Origin: Rhina ancylostomus
Lineage: Eukaryota
Length of the DNA: 64,000 nucleotides
Assembly: GCA_030265395.1 (NCBI GenBank)
Contig: JARFYF010000104.1
Span: 62,587,799-62,651,798, forward strand
Direction of reading: 5' to 3'
Shown here: piece by piece, positions 1 through 13,600 of the stretch
Position numbering within the stretch: the stretch's first letter is position 1
How the letters are laid out: each line of letters begins with the position of its first letter
Made by a program: the position numbers and the translations under genes
The notes under the pieces: model-generated
What the model was told of the DNA's origin: nothing
Databases searched by the model: none
The model's input: only the letters and a program-made list of their open reading frames with translations

Positions 1-160
1 TTCCAAAAACATATGGGTTAGGAAGTTGTGGGTATGCTATGTTGGTGCCAGAAGCGAAGCAACACTTGTGGGCTGCCCCCCGAACACTCTGCAAAAGATT
101 CATTTCACTGTGTGTTTCGATGTATATGTGACTAATAAAGATATCTTATTTTATCTTATT
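1..160 (+). mobile_element. SINE 3' half (same family as 60445-60708 and 61120-61357)
   Basis: Shared gggttaggaagttgtgggc..gaacactct..tttcactgtgtg..gtgactaataaag; tatct-repeat tail. Confidence 0.75.
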
Positions 161-339
161 AGGACTTCTGGTACTAGGTTATTGATGAATGGATAGAAAA
201 TCTAGCACCACACGCCTGTACTCTCATAGGGGTACTTGCCCAATTATCCATTTAATATAAACTTATCTCCAAATTCACAATAGAGGATGTGGTTTGAGAA
301 ATGGATAAGAGCAGAAAGGTTGTTGGTGCTTCATCTAGA

Positions 340-820
340 GCATAAGATGTAGAAGCTGGAGTATGCCATTTGGCTGGTTGTACCTGCTCGTTCAATCAGA
401 TCATGGCTGATCTTTTACCTCAGCACCACCATCCAGCACTGAACTCATGCACTTTGATTCTCCTAATATCTAAAAGTATATCAATCTATGTCATGAACAT
501 ACTCAGTGACAAAGCCTCCATGGTCCTCTTGTGCAGAGAATTACAAAGATTTACTACCCTCTGGGTGAAGAAATTGTTTCTCATCTCATTTCTGAATGGA
601 TTTTCTTTTGAGACTGTGGTTCCTGGTTCTGGGTAACCCTGAAGGGGGAAATATCATCCCTACATCAAACCTGTCAAGTTCTGTAAGAATTTTGTACACT
701 TCAATGAGATTGCCTTTCGTTCTTTTAAAGTCAAGAATATTTTGGCTGAGTTTGCTTAATCTCTCCTTATTCAAGAAAATTGCCATTCGAGGACTGTATC
801 TCGCGAACTTTTGCTGCACT
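340..820 (-). mobile_element. CR1-type LINE 3' fragment
   Basis: KGNLIEVYKILTELDR...RTRNHSLK, typical of the CR1 ORF2 C-terminus. Confidence 0.8.
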
Positions 821-3800
821 CCCTCTATCGTCAGAGTTCAGAAGGTCAGAGCTTTGGGGTATCAGGGGGTCGGACATGATAGGAAATTAGAGCTTTGAAG
901 TCATTGGGGGTTCAGAAGGTCAAGACCTCAAGAGAGCAGAGGGTAAGCGTCTTTGGGAAATCATTAAGTCCCATAGTGAATTAGAAAGTNNNNNNNNNNN
1001 NNNNNNNNNNNNNNNNNNNNNNNNNNNNNNNNNNNNNNNNNNNNNNNNNNNNNNNNNNNNNNNNNNNNNNNNNNNNNNNNNNNNNNNNNTGATGTTCACT
1101 CCCAGGAACTTGATGTAAAAAGAAAGGCTGAGCTAGCTGGTCGTCTATTCCTTGGACCTTAGAAGAATGAAAGGTGATCTTTTGAAACATATAAAATTCT
1201 TTTGAAATATATAAGATCCTGATGTCGTTCCGAAATAAGTTTTTCCCCTTCTGTCCGCTGTAAGTAACACAGTGCGATGAGGTCGATTCAAACCAATACC
1301 TTTATTAGCAATGCACTGCTAGGAGAATTCTCTTTGGCACTCTCGAAGAGTTGCTTTCCGAGTCTCTCCCAGCACACAAGGCAGACAGAGATTTATACAG
1401 GTCTTGTCACGCATACCCCATACATGTGGCACCGTAAGTTTCAGTCAAGTTATAGAGATGCTAAGGCAGCGATCACACTTATTGTCTTTGTATAACTAAG
1501 TTATAATCAAGACATTCAATGCAAGTATCACTCTCCATTGTCCAGACCAAGCCTTCACTTCAATGTTAATTACACCCGGTGTCGCTGCCGTCTGGCAGAC
1601 CTGAAACAATCCCGATGTTAATTTCACTTCCTCGATGTTAATTTCATTTTGTATCACTACCGTATGAAAGGCCCACTTGCATGAAACAGTCTCGATGTTA
1701 ATTTCACCATCTCGATGTTAGTTTCACTAAATATCGCTACCGTCTGGAAAGGCCCCTTACCCGAGACAAAGGCAGTTAACATGCTTTACCTTCCAGCTTA
1801 CTAGTGGGTCAGCAACTTGTTAGCCCTTGTTAGAAATATATATATGTTTTATTTCTTTTCTCTCCCAGCTATATGTATAATTGTAATTCTTTTTAACCCT
1901 TTACTTCCTCAGGAGAACACTAAGAAGTTGAAAGGTGGGTGCCATTGGAGGAATCGGAGAATGGGAACTTCAGTGAATTGGAAGGGTGGGCCAGTAGAGT
2001 GGGAGTTGTGGGGGTAAATATGCCTCAGTTCAATATTTTCTTCACCACATGGTTCCTATGTGCAAAGCCATGTTTTCCTTTGTTGTCATTTGACCACCAG
2101 AAGGAATTAAGCAATAGAATCAACACCTTCCTTGGACTGATTGAGCTAATCGTGGCCATTACCAGAGAGCAATCCATAGATCTCTGAAAGGAGAGAAATC
2201 TCGAACCCCTTGGGCTAAAATGCTTCATAGAATTGAAAGCTCGGGTGTGTAGCTAGGACTCTAGGAGATGTCCGTTTATTTAGAAACTTTGCTCTGTTGA
2301 TGGATAGGAGGTGTTTGCTATCTTCAGCAGCATGAAGACTTCTATAGAAGTAATAGGAAAAGCAAGACTTAGGGCAGATGTGTCAGAAGTCAATGATACT
2401 TTAGAAAATAGAGAAATCAATTTGAAATAATAAATTACGGTTGTGGGGTGTTTGACAAAGTATCTTTTAGGGGAAATAAGAGTGAGGTTTAAATAAAGAA
2501 CAGTGAAGGAAACAATAAGAACAAAAAAATATGAATATGACCCTACCTATGTGCAAATGTATTAAATGCTGGAATATACAGGCTGAGATTCTGCTCTAAA
2601 CCGTAACTAGAAAGAACCAGGAACCATGGAAGACCTGTGAGCCTGATTCCAGCAGAGCTCATAGCTTGCAGTTAGTATCCTTGGCACCCATTAGAGGAAT
2701 GGGCAGGAATTTGTGACACTTGCCATATACTTGAGGGCAACACCACTTGATCTGGGTCCAAAACGGCATAAGAGAGCCAGAACCCTCCTGTGGTCCACAT
2801 GTCTGCTGCTCTACTCTATTGAGCATGATAAGCCAGCAGTGCTTAATACATTCAGCGCAGGAGTGGTGGGAGCTCTTGTGGAAGCTTGCCAACCCTGCCT
2901 CCTTCTGTCAGAGTGGAAAGGGTTTAATAAACACTTGGCCCTGCTCCAGTGTGGATGACGTTGCTGCTGCATGGATCAGCCAACCCCGTCAACAATAATG
3001 TAAACAACAACATCGAAATGCATTTACACAGTTCCTACAAAGTCAGAAAACATCCTGGGTGTGCCCAATTCCACTGCCCCTCCTCTCCTGCCCACCCTCC
3101 ACTCAGGACAAGAAGTGGGTAGGCCTGTGGTCACGCAGATTGACAGCACAGGTTAGGGTCCCAAAAGACAACTGAAGTAAATGGCCAAGACCTTGGCTTA
3201 TCACAGCTGATTCTGGTTCTACATTCAGAGACAGGTCATCGATCCTGATCTGGAGGTATTTCCACGGTAATCTGTGCCAGCTTCCATGAGGGCTCCACCT
3301 CATCTTTAGTCCTTTTTAAACACACTAAAAGTATTTAACAACCAGAGGAATAAATAATGCAGAACCCAGACAATAAATGGGCCTGTGCAAGATAACAATA
3401 AAAAAAAACACATTTGCACAAAGACTTCAGTGATTCTTGTTCATAGCATAAATTGGTACTTATTACTCATATTATGTTGTTTTCAACTAGATTTAAGGTC
3501 TGAAGTAGTGGTTTATGCCAAAAATATGCCCATGATACTGAATTCCATTTAAAAAGATGGTATATTTATGGATTTATTTGAGTGAACTCAAATGTTTCAC
3601 CTCAGACTAGATCTATTGGTGGCAGTAATGATTTCAATTGTAACAAGCATCTGCTGACTGTGGGTTTGTTGAACCTTGGACAAAGAATAAGAAGAGAAGG
3701 TCTAATTGGTCGGTCCCAACAAAGAGCTCTCAGAGTCCATATAATAGACTGAATCTCCTTCTGTGTTGTAAAACTCAATGATTTAATGATGTGCATTTAA

Positions 3801-4679
3801 ATGCCAGGTTGCTCACTGGAAAACAGCAAGATTATTGGCATATTTCTAGATAAGTGGACTTTTCTTCTATTACTTGGAGTACACAGCCATCTGGTCAATT
3901 CATTGATGCCACAATGTTGATGATCCACACCTTTGCACACGAGACACCTTACCATTTTCCCATCACATCAGAGAGCAACTACTGGTAAAATCTTGCAACT
4001 GAATGCAAGTTATTTTCATTATTACCAGAGTAATCCAAAATTATTATTATTACATTATTAATTACAATTAAGTTATCAAAATATATAATTTTCATAGCCC
4101 ATGAAATAGCATCCACATGCTTTTGTCATTGTGCCTGCTAGCCACCTCATGGGGTCGCATAGAAGTTAGGTTATGTAGCACCATGTTTTTGTGTGCAATG
4201 TGATCTACTTTAAATAAAAAGTAAAACATTAATGGAAATCAAGGACTTACTGCAGAGATTGTGAAGTCAGCAAATATTTTTGCAGGGCCCTTCAAAAGCA
4301 TCCTATGAATAACTCATGGAGGACCCCAGATATGTGGACTGGTTTCCAATGATAGGCAGTCTGTGCCTGGATACCATCTTTGGTGTTTGCAGCAGTGTAC
4401 CAGTAGCCTGCGTGGTTCACTGGTCACTTCTACAGAAGCAAGATTTCAGTGTGTCTTTGAGTCCTGCTACCGTGCAAATTAAGCAGACCTCCCTGAGTAG
4501 GTTCCGGGATACTGGTGCAAACTTAATTCAGGGTAGGTCTCCTTTAAGTAAATTTAATTCCCTGTCCCTCCTGTGGGCACTTTCTACCCAATCCCAAGCA
4601 CTCTGTGGTAATCACCCAGATACCCCCAAGCTCTCAAGCCTGATCTGGCCTTCCACTGACCCAATCTATCCCTAACTCT

Positions 4680-4830
4680 AAACTCAAAGTGGCCCCATTT
4701 CCTGCAGTCACTTTACACTCACCAGGGCCCCTTTTCCGTGTTCCCCTAAAACTCACCTGGGCCCTGTTTCCCGCATTCATCTGAAACTCATCGGGGCCGT
4801 TTTCCCCACACTTCCTTTAAACTCACTGGG
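4680..4830. repeat. Degenerate minisatellite (~33-35 bp unit, aaactcacc.gggccc..tttcc)
   Basis: 4-5 imperfect copies visible. Confidence 0.6.
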
Positions 4831-7800
4831 TTCACTGGAAAATTTATTATACTACTATGTCATTTCTTTTTTTAAAAAAATAAAATTAAAAGTGTGTTGG
4901 GATATTATCATTCAATTGTCCAGAAAATATGCCATTGTGGCACCGCCAAAGGCTGGATTAACTGTGTTTCACTATAGTTGCATTGATGTGCTGTATTGTG
5001 TCTCTGAAATTCATTCCATTGAAGTCAATGGAACTGACTTCCAGAGTTAGAGTTCATTGCGTTGTGACTATTATATTAGCATGTTTAGTGCTACCTTCAG
5101 GAGATTAATTTCTAGGCAGCTGGCTTTTATAATTGAGGCCCTACAATCCAAAAGCAAAAGCTAAAGGTGAATTCATACAAAATATTGGGTAGCAGAGGTG
5201 TTGAAAGCATCCTATTACAGAAAGGCTATGAAAGCCTAAAAGAGTTTCAGCTTTAGGTTCACAAAGTTGCTAGTTATAGGAAATCCTTGAGATATTGGGA
5301 CTATTACATTTGCAGTGGGGAAGGCTTCTGCAGTGGAGATTTAATGGGGGGTTAAAACTGTGATAGAGTGACAAAGGAAAGACCATTTCCTTTGGTCAAG
5401 GAATGAGAAATGATGAGTTATTAATTTAAAATTCTCACAAAGACAGTGAGGAAAGTCTTTGGAAGAAATCTCTTTACCCAGAAGAATGCTGGAGCATGGT
5501 TTACTTTGCCTCAGGGAATGGATGAGGAAGAGGTCACTATAGGGAGCAAATTAGGAGAAAACAATCCAGTGACTCATTAAAAATGTAACAGCCTTAGAAA
5601 ATCCTACTCACCCAGGGAAAGATGTTTTATTTCTTTCCCCTTGTCTATCACAACAGTTAATAGCAGTGTGTGAAAAAGACCTTGTGACAATTTCTGTCAT
5701 AGATCATTTGAAGTTATCATTGTTTAAAATAGTTAAAAGCCTTCCCATTAGGGAAACAAATGATGACATTCTCATGTTCTCAGCTGACCAGCACTGAAAA
5801 TAACTTATTGCCTGTCAAATCACATAGCCGTACAATTGTAAAGGGTTGGTCTTGCTAGAAATGTTAGACTTGTGTAAATAAAAGATGTTCCCGAAATTGG
5901 CAACTTCAGCTCTCTATTCAAAAGCTCATTCAGTCACTCCCTGAGAGTTGGAACCTACTGAGCTGCAAAACTATTGCCAAACAATACAAATATGTTCTCG
6001 ACATTTTAATTAACAGCCTCAGTACTGAGTACAGCACTGCACTGGATATGATCTGTTGTTTTTAAATTATTGCAATTGTTGCTATTGCTTGTTCTAAAAG
6101 TTATTCTTGTTGATCCCATTTGATGACGTACATGATAATCATATGTTATTGACAACACCTGGAGTATTGAACCTTGTGTAATGATTGCATGGTTCTCCTG
6201 AAAAGCTGAGCTATGTTTACTGTGGCCTAGACCTTTGAAGTTGGAGTTTAGTTGGTATAAATAGTTCCTGAATTTATTTACCATTATGAGGCCTTGTGCC
6301 AACAGGCTTTTGTTAGTTACACTGTGCTATTTGAGCTCAAAAAGACAACCCACAAAAATTTATTTAATTAACATTTTTAGATGGATTTCTAAAACATTTA
6401 TGAATTTTGGAAAATCTACCTCATTTTGACAGTGGACTTAGATACTAGAACTTAGGTGTAGTATTGGCCAGTGGCATAGAAAATCATCTTATTCTGACCA
6501 ATAATAAGCCTTACCTCCAACATCAGGTAAATTTTTTGTGTTGAATGGTATGACTCATTAGCCTGGATTTTATGGCTAGTATAACAGTAAAACAATCAGT
6601 GTTTTCCATTTTGCTACTGACAACAAATTTGAGATTTTCACACTTGTACAATTTAATATGGAAATTACATAGCTTCTGTAAGTGATTCACACTCCATTAT
6701 ATGCCACATTGTTTTGCAGCTTCCTTCTCTTACTCAAGGGAATTTAGTGAGTTGACAAAAAAATTTAGGTATTTACAAACTATATGTAAAATAACCTTAA
6801 AATACTACACTTTGTTGTATGAGGTGCAGGCACAATTTTTAATGATGTCCCAAATACTGCTTGAAAGTTTTCTGGCCTTCAAAATCTTTTCTTACGTGTT
6901 TAGATCCTAATTCACTTTTTTATGTTTAGTTTTGGTATTTCACTTTATACCTTAATCTTGTATGTCAGTTCCAATATTTATTTTGCACTCTGTAAAATGT
7001 TTAAATAATAGCGTTTAAAAAAAACACCTTCACCTTGATTTGCTGTCTGTGAGAATGTGATAGGCTGCTCAGGCACATGATGTCATCACTGTGGCTGGAT
7101 GTCAGGGATCCTGTTGAACAGACATCAGAAGAGTAGAAATTCATAACAGATGTCAATGAAGCCTCTTGAGCAACTTTCTTCAAGGTTAGTATTGTGTGTG
7201 CTCACTTTGTCACTAACCACAAAATTCAGGCAACTTTTACTCATTTCATGCACTGCTGTCCACATATCCTCTTTGAGTGGGATTGCTTTTTGATACTGTA
7301 TCTGTATCAGTATCACTGGTTTAAAATGTTAATGCTGATGTCAAAGAATTAGTCGCTTATACCCACAATGTTTGCTTTGAGCACTAGGTTGCTTTTGGTT
7401 TAGTGAGTGTACTCCCTTGATATAAATCATGCACTGTTATAAGTCATTAGCACTGTTCTGAGTGCAAGCACTAATACTGTACTGTCACCACTCCCAGAAT
7501 CTTCAACTGCACTGTAGATAACAATGTTTGCTAATTAATTGGCATCTACCAAATTATCCTTGTGTGTGTGCATAAATTTTATTAATGAAGTGCCAAAGGA
7601 GAAGGAACATTTCATAGACTTGAAACAAAAGGCACTGCTGCACTCAGGAGGATTACTGTGCGGCTAACTTGCGTCATAATTTAATCAGTTTGTTCTAGAA
7701 GAATAATTCATTGCATGGAGAGAAACAGTCTGGTTGAAAAAGTAAAGTTCTTCTGTATATTTTTCAAATCTCCAATAGAAATTAAATAACACAATAAAAA

Positions 7801-9424
7801 CGATACAGAGTATCCTGCATTATGGCAGTTTGTGTAATAGAAATTCACTCTCTCAGAATTTACAAATCACCACCAAAATGTTGGAGATAGGGAATAAAAA
7901 TTCACTCTTGGAAGTCCTGTGAAAATAAATAACTGAATAAACAAAAAATATGAAAAAGCAACAATTTTTTTTCCAATTTTTGTGAAAGGTTGGTAGTATC
8001 CTAGGAACACAACCCCTCTAACATGGGGATGTACTGTATTCAGAAAAGGATAATATTGGTCTGAATTATTTATCAAAAGAATATTCATTTTAAGAACTAT
8101 TTGCTTCTCTCTAGCTTTTCTTTACTGTTATTCTCCTGAAGCTAAATAAAACTCATTTGTGAAAGAGTGACAGATAAACTATTGTGATACAGAATTATGT
8201 GACTGCACAAAGGGTACCGAAAATTTTATTAGAATTATATGATTCCAAATGATTAACTGCTGTTTTATGGCACTGAAAGTAATTTGAACTTGATCATTAC
8301 CATTTACTGTAGTTTAAACACAAGATGCATGCTACAACAACCAAGGAACTGTCATTGCACTTACTGAACATAAGGAACTAAATCTTCTTCTTTGTTTTTC
8401 TTTTTCATGGCAGTCCCTTGGGATTGAGGATGAGATGCTTCGGGTCTTGTGGTCCTGAGGTGGCTAAAAAGACTGATGAAGGAGAAGGACACTCTTCCAT
8501 AGATGGGGGCAGGAGTGCCTGACAGGGCAGCAAGAGGGTAATTTGTGAGGTGATGTGCTTCTTTTGCTGCTTACTCAAAGCTTCTGTGTGCTCCTGATGC
8601 ACGGCCTCCAGGGTCTCAACACCATCCGGAATGCTGCTTCTCGAAGTGAAGCAGCTGTGGGCCAGAGATTGCCGCAAGTCAGTGGGGATGATTTCCNNNN
8701 NNNNNNNNNNNNNNNNNNNNNNNNNNNNNNNNNNNNNNNNNNNNNNNNNNNNNNNNNATCACGAGTTAAACAACAAAGGTAGATGGGGAGAAATTCAGAA
8801 TAAACTCTTTTTAAAGGCCCTTACAATGGTGTTTACAATTCTTCAGCTGTCTGATCTTTGTCCTAATATCCTGATAGTTCCCCTGGATTGGGCAGCTATA
8901 TTTTGCCTTCATTCCTTCATGATGTAACTTGTTGAAAAGGGTCACACCACCACCATGTTAATTTGAGAAGGGCAGATAGTATATTGAAGAGCCAAATGGG
9001 GAGGTTTTAGTGACAGGAAAGGTGTTGTCATGAACCAAGTTTCCATTACGGTAGGGATATCAGTGCAATTATCCATAATAATTGCAAGGATTGCAATGGG
9101 CTTGTTTTAGAGTGAATGAAGATTATGGACAAAAGTGTAGAGAAGAGTGAAATTATTGATCAGCTGGCAGATCAAAATAAGACATTACTTGTTCAGATGA
9201 ACATGAAGGACATTGGGGAAAACAGCTCCCTGTGGGCATGCTAGAAACCGAATCAAATGGGAAGAATGGTGAGAAAGAGGTTAATAGGGAAATCTAATTT
9301 GATGCTTATAGGGGGCATTGAATAGTGGCCCTTTTTAAAATGACAAGAGAAGCAGAGATGGAAATGTGGATTGACTCAGCGGATTTAAGATTGGGATGGC
9401 ACTAAAAGTCAGACTTGTTACATT

Positions 9425-10645
9425 GAGCATACAACAGTACAGCACTGAACAGGCCATTCGGCCTGCAATGTTGTGCCGATCTTGATGCCAATTTATACTA
9501 AATGTCCTCCACCTGTGCATAATCCATATCCCTCCATTTCTTTCATATTCATGTGTCTATCTAAAAGCCTCTTAATCTCCACCAAATGGCCTACTTCCAC
9601 TACTATCCCAGTAACCCATCCCATTCCTCTGTTTTTTAAAAAAATAATTGCCCCTCATGCCACCTTTAATCTTCCCCACCCCCAACCTTAAAAGCATGTC
9701 CTCTGGTATTTGACACTTCTACCCTGGTGAACAGATTCTGACTGTCTACCCTATCTATGCCTCTCATAATTTACAAAATCTCTATCAGGTCTCCCCTCAT
9801 TCTCTGACACTAAGGAGAACAAACCAAGTTTGTCGAATCTGGCTTTATGGCTCATACCCTCTAATCCAGGCAGCATCATGGTAAACCTCTGCCCTAAATT
9901 CCCTTTGTACCTCAATACTATTAAGGGGCCTCCCATTAACAGAATACCTTCTACTTTCATTTGACCTCCCAAAGTGCAACACCTCATACTTGCCCAGATT
10001 AAACTCCATCTGCCACCTCTCCGCCCATATCTGTAACTGATCTATATCCCACTGTATTTCTTTGATAGTCTTTTACATGGTCCACAACTCCACCAATCTT
10101 GGTGCCACTGGCAAACTTGCTAATCCACCTATCTACATTTTCATCCAAATCATTGATATATATCACAAACAATAGAGATCCCAGCACTGATCCTTGTGAA
10201 CACCACTGGGCTTGGACTTCTGGCCAGAATAACAGCCTTCCACCCCTACTATGTGCAAGCCAGTTCTGAATCCAAATTTGCAATTTACCCTGGATCCCAT
10301 ACATCTTTATCTTCCAAATCAACCATGAGGGACCTTATCAAATGCCTAATTAAGGCAGTAGATAACATCNNNCACTGCCTTACCCTCATCAACCACCTTT
10401 GTCACCTCCTCAAAAAACTCACTCAAGTTTGTGAGGCATGACCTACCCCACACAAAGCTATGCTGACTGTCCCTAAGCAGGCCATACCTTTCCAAATTTG
10501 CATAAATCCTATCCCTCAGTATCCAACAGCTACCCCGCCACTGATGTGAGGCCCACTGGCCTATAATTACCTGGATTATCCCTATTTCCTTTCTTGAACA
10601 AAGGCACAACCTTTGCTACTCTCCAGTCTATGGTAGGACATGGAT
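9425..10645 (-). mobile_element. CR1 LINE, decayed RT to 3' end
   Basis: PGNYRPVGLTS, GRSCLTNL, QGSVLGSLLFVIYINDLD..ISKFA motifs broken by frameshifts; 3' tail gggccgaatggcctg-like. Confidence 0.9.
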
Positions 10646-13600
10646 TGGCAGATACACAGGAACTGAGCAGAGAAATGAACGAGGGAGTGATTGGTATAAA
10701 GTACTGCGGAACATAGAGCAACAGTGCTGAAATATAAAAGTTTGTCAAACCATGGCTTCCTCAAGAAACTTTTAATAAATCCAAACTGTTCACTGTGCTA
10801 TATGTCTTAAATATATGTTAAAATCTTAAATATCTTAAAAATCTTTTATATCTTAAAATGTTTCAGGAAAATGGATAGTTCAAGAGCTGCACAGGCCCTA
10901 TACTGACTGTGAAGGAGTGTGTTAAATGCATCAAGGATAGCCATTACCTAATCNNNNGAATGGATAAAGCTCTGACTGGACTGTCAGGGAAAGCTGTAGC
11001 TTGCACATTCAGTGATTTTTATGGAAACCATCAGTGATTATTCTAAGGAAAAATGTCTCTAAGGTTCCTAAATCTCTGCTGCAATGAGGACCAATGTTCA
11101 ATCAATAGATTTCCCTGGATATTTGTATTCATTATGATATCTGTGTGTGTTCTTAGCTGCCAATTATCAGTTGTGGGGTCTAGCAAAAATCACTCTGCAA
11201 GTGATAGTTATCTGCGTGTCAAGCTGGTACCATGATCAAGTCAGCAAGATGAGTCTAAAGAACATACAGTTAGTGTATGCAAGTTCAAACTCAAATGGAT
11301 GGATTGCCTAAGGGTTTGGAGATGAATTTTAAGGAATACATTTTTTCTCTGTTGATAATTGGTCTCGTTTCTTTTACCTCTTGGGTGATCATACTGTTGT
11401 GACAGGATATGGGAGTGAAGCAGCATGGAGGAAGGAGATGACCCAACATCATGGCGCTCCAGGTATGATGAGCATAGGCAGGCCTGATGGCCCAGCTAGC
11501 CCTTCCTTGCCTGCCACTTCTGTATGTGCATAACTTGCATTGTAAGCATGGGTCATTGGAATGGTTGCTATAATCTCACTTCTCAGGCACTCAAATTCCC
11601 TCCTCCTGATAGATTGAATTAAATTCTATTTTTATACTTTGTAATTCAAAATTCTGACAATCAGGGATCTTTTGATCTTGTGCATTTTTTTTGTACTATG
11701 GTCATCTTGGAAATTCAGGCAAATGTGTAAAAATAACTCCCATATTTTTTTTTATAGAGCTCAAAATTCTGTAAGAAGATGAAGTCTGAAGCAGTGTGAG
11801 CACTGTTCAACAAGGAGAAGACACCTCTTTGAATGTAAATGAGTAAAGGTCCCAAAAAAGACTTGGCTTGACTTACTTGGCTATTTCCCCTCCTCCTTGC
11901 TGGATCGGTTTCTATTTAGTGCAGTTGAAACAAATTGGGATCACACACTAGTGCAGAATGATAAATGTCCACCTCTACATTGTGGGCACAGCATACTAGA
12001 GCAGAATCATGCCTCCCAGAGGCAGGAATACATTGTTGATTCTGTAAAAATTCTATAATTTGTTTGCCAGTTGCAAAAATAATCTCCTTGGTAGCCCATG
12101 CCATTGATAATTTTTTTTGTAACGCGGCATTACTTTCTACAAACTATGTATTTTAGATTTTTTAACTGCTGTTAGCAATGCTTTCATTTTAANNNNNNNN
12201 NNNNNNNNNNNNNNNNNNNNNNNNNNNNNNNNNNNNNNNNNNNNNNNNNNNNNNNNNNNNNNNNNNNNNNNNNNNNNNNNNNNNNNNNNNNNAGCAATGC
12301 TTTCATTTTAACACAACCACAGTGTATCTATTACCAGAGGTCTGTTTCAAAATTACAGTTCAAAACTTGTATCTGTGGATTGTATCGTGTTTATTTTCAA
12401 ACTAAGGCCATGTGCTGCTGAAAGATACAATGTGCATATTTTACATTTTGCACAGTGAGTGCTGCAGTGAAATAATTTCAAATAATATAATCATAGATCC
12501 TTATTCATTCTTGCAATAATATAACATATCTACATATGATCAACAGTTCTGACTATAGCAATGTAACTGTGGGCATTGCAAAACCCTGAGACCCATCTAA
12601 AATGCTTGCCGCTCTTTCAAAATCTCAACAGTCAAGAAGTCATCCTAGTGATTTGTAAAAAGCACTAAATCTTTGGTCTCACCACTCATAAAATGTCAGG
12701 ATAGAGACTCCTCCTCTGATGCTAGGATCATCCTTAAAGGACCACCCCCCCCCCCCATGGTGCCCTCCTGCCTGGTCAAGCTACGTAAAGGAATTGTGTC
12801 ACCCCTTTATTTGAAAGGTGGCAGAAAGTTAATGTTTCATTAACATAATGAAACATTGAAAATACTTTTAAAAGATATGAAATCGTTGGGGAATTTTGAT
12901 TGATTGGCTCAAGTTTTCCAATGTCACCGAGCACATGCTAAAAATATGTTCAATGTTTCATGTTAATTGGTGACTTTTTTTACTGCTAAATTTATATAAA
13001 TATATTAAAAAGCTGAAATAAACAATAACAGCAGAATTAAAGCCCTACAAGTTAGCTCTTGGACACGTTAATGCTCTGCATTATACCTTTCTCCAGTCAT
13101 AGCCACTTTCTGCTCTCTGCAGAACTCTGAGTTCCTTATTCTTCCCCCTATTCTTTGGGCATGCACCACTCAAACAGAATGCACATCATTGCAATTTACT
13201 TCCACATTTCTACTGCCCAGTTTAGGGCATTCTTCTTTGGGACTTTCAAAGATGTTGGAGTGCAATTTACTTTGGTATAAGGCAGTTACAAGGTGAAAGA
13301 CCTTTATAATACTCTTATTAATCCTAGAAGACATTGTGACATGTGTTTGATATGCAGAGGACAAATCATTACTTTTATTATTAATTTGTACTTTGCATCA
13401 ACTGCCCAAAATTCTAATCTCAACAAAACTCTCTAATATTTTGCATAGCTGCCCTTTTAATTTTGTGAAGTAAACCCACTTTATTGCAGGACCTTTACGT
13501 GTGCAGCTACTGCTGTCATGGTGCGGCTGGCTGTGGGCAACAGCACAGGAAATTCACTGGTGGTGGTATAAAAATAATGGTGAGTAATCTACTTTTGAAA

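Noticed and set aside
1560-1755. CRISPR-like repeat array
   Set aside because: Vertebrate DNA; the intervening sequences are themselves related, so this is a tandem repeat without unique spacers or cas genes.
2640-3300. Short overlapping ORFs as a host gene (also 4316-4675 and 16514-17078)
   Set aside because: No recognisable domain or consistent splice structure; probably decayed repeats or chance ORFs.
12174-12311. Direct repeats flanking N gaps (also ~23394-23612 and ~34028-34159)
   Set aside because: Identical sequence on both sides of 100-N gaps indicates unmerged contig overlaps, not target-site duplications.
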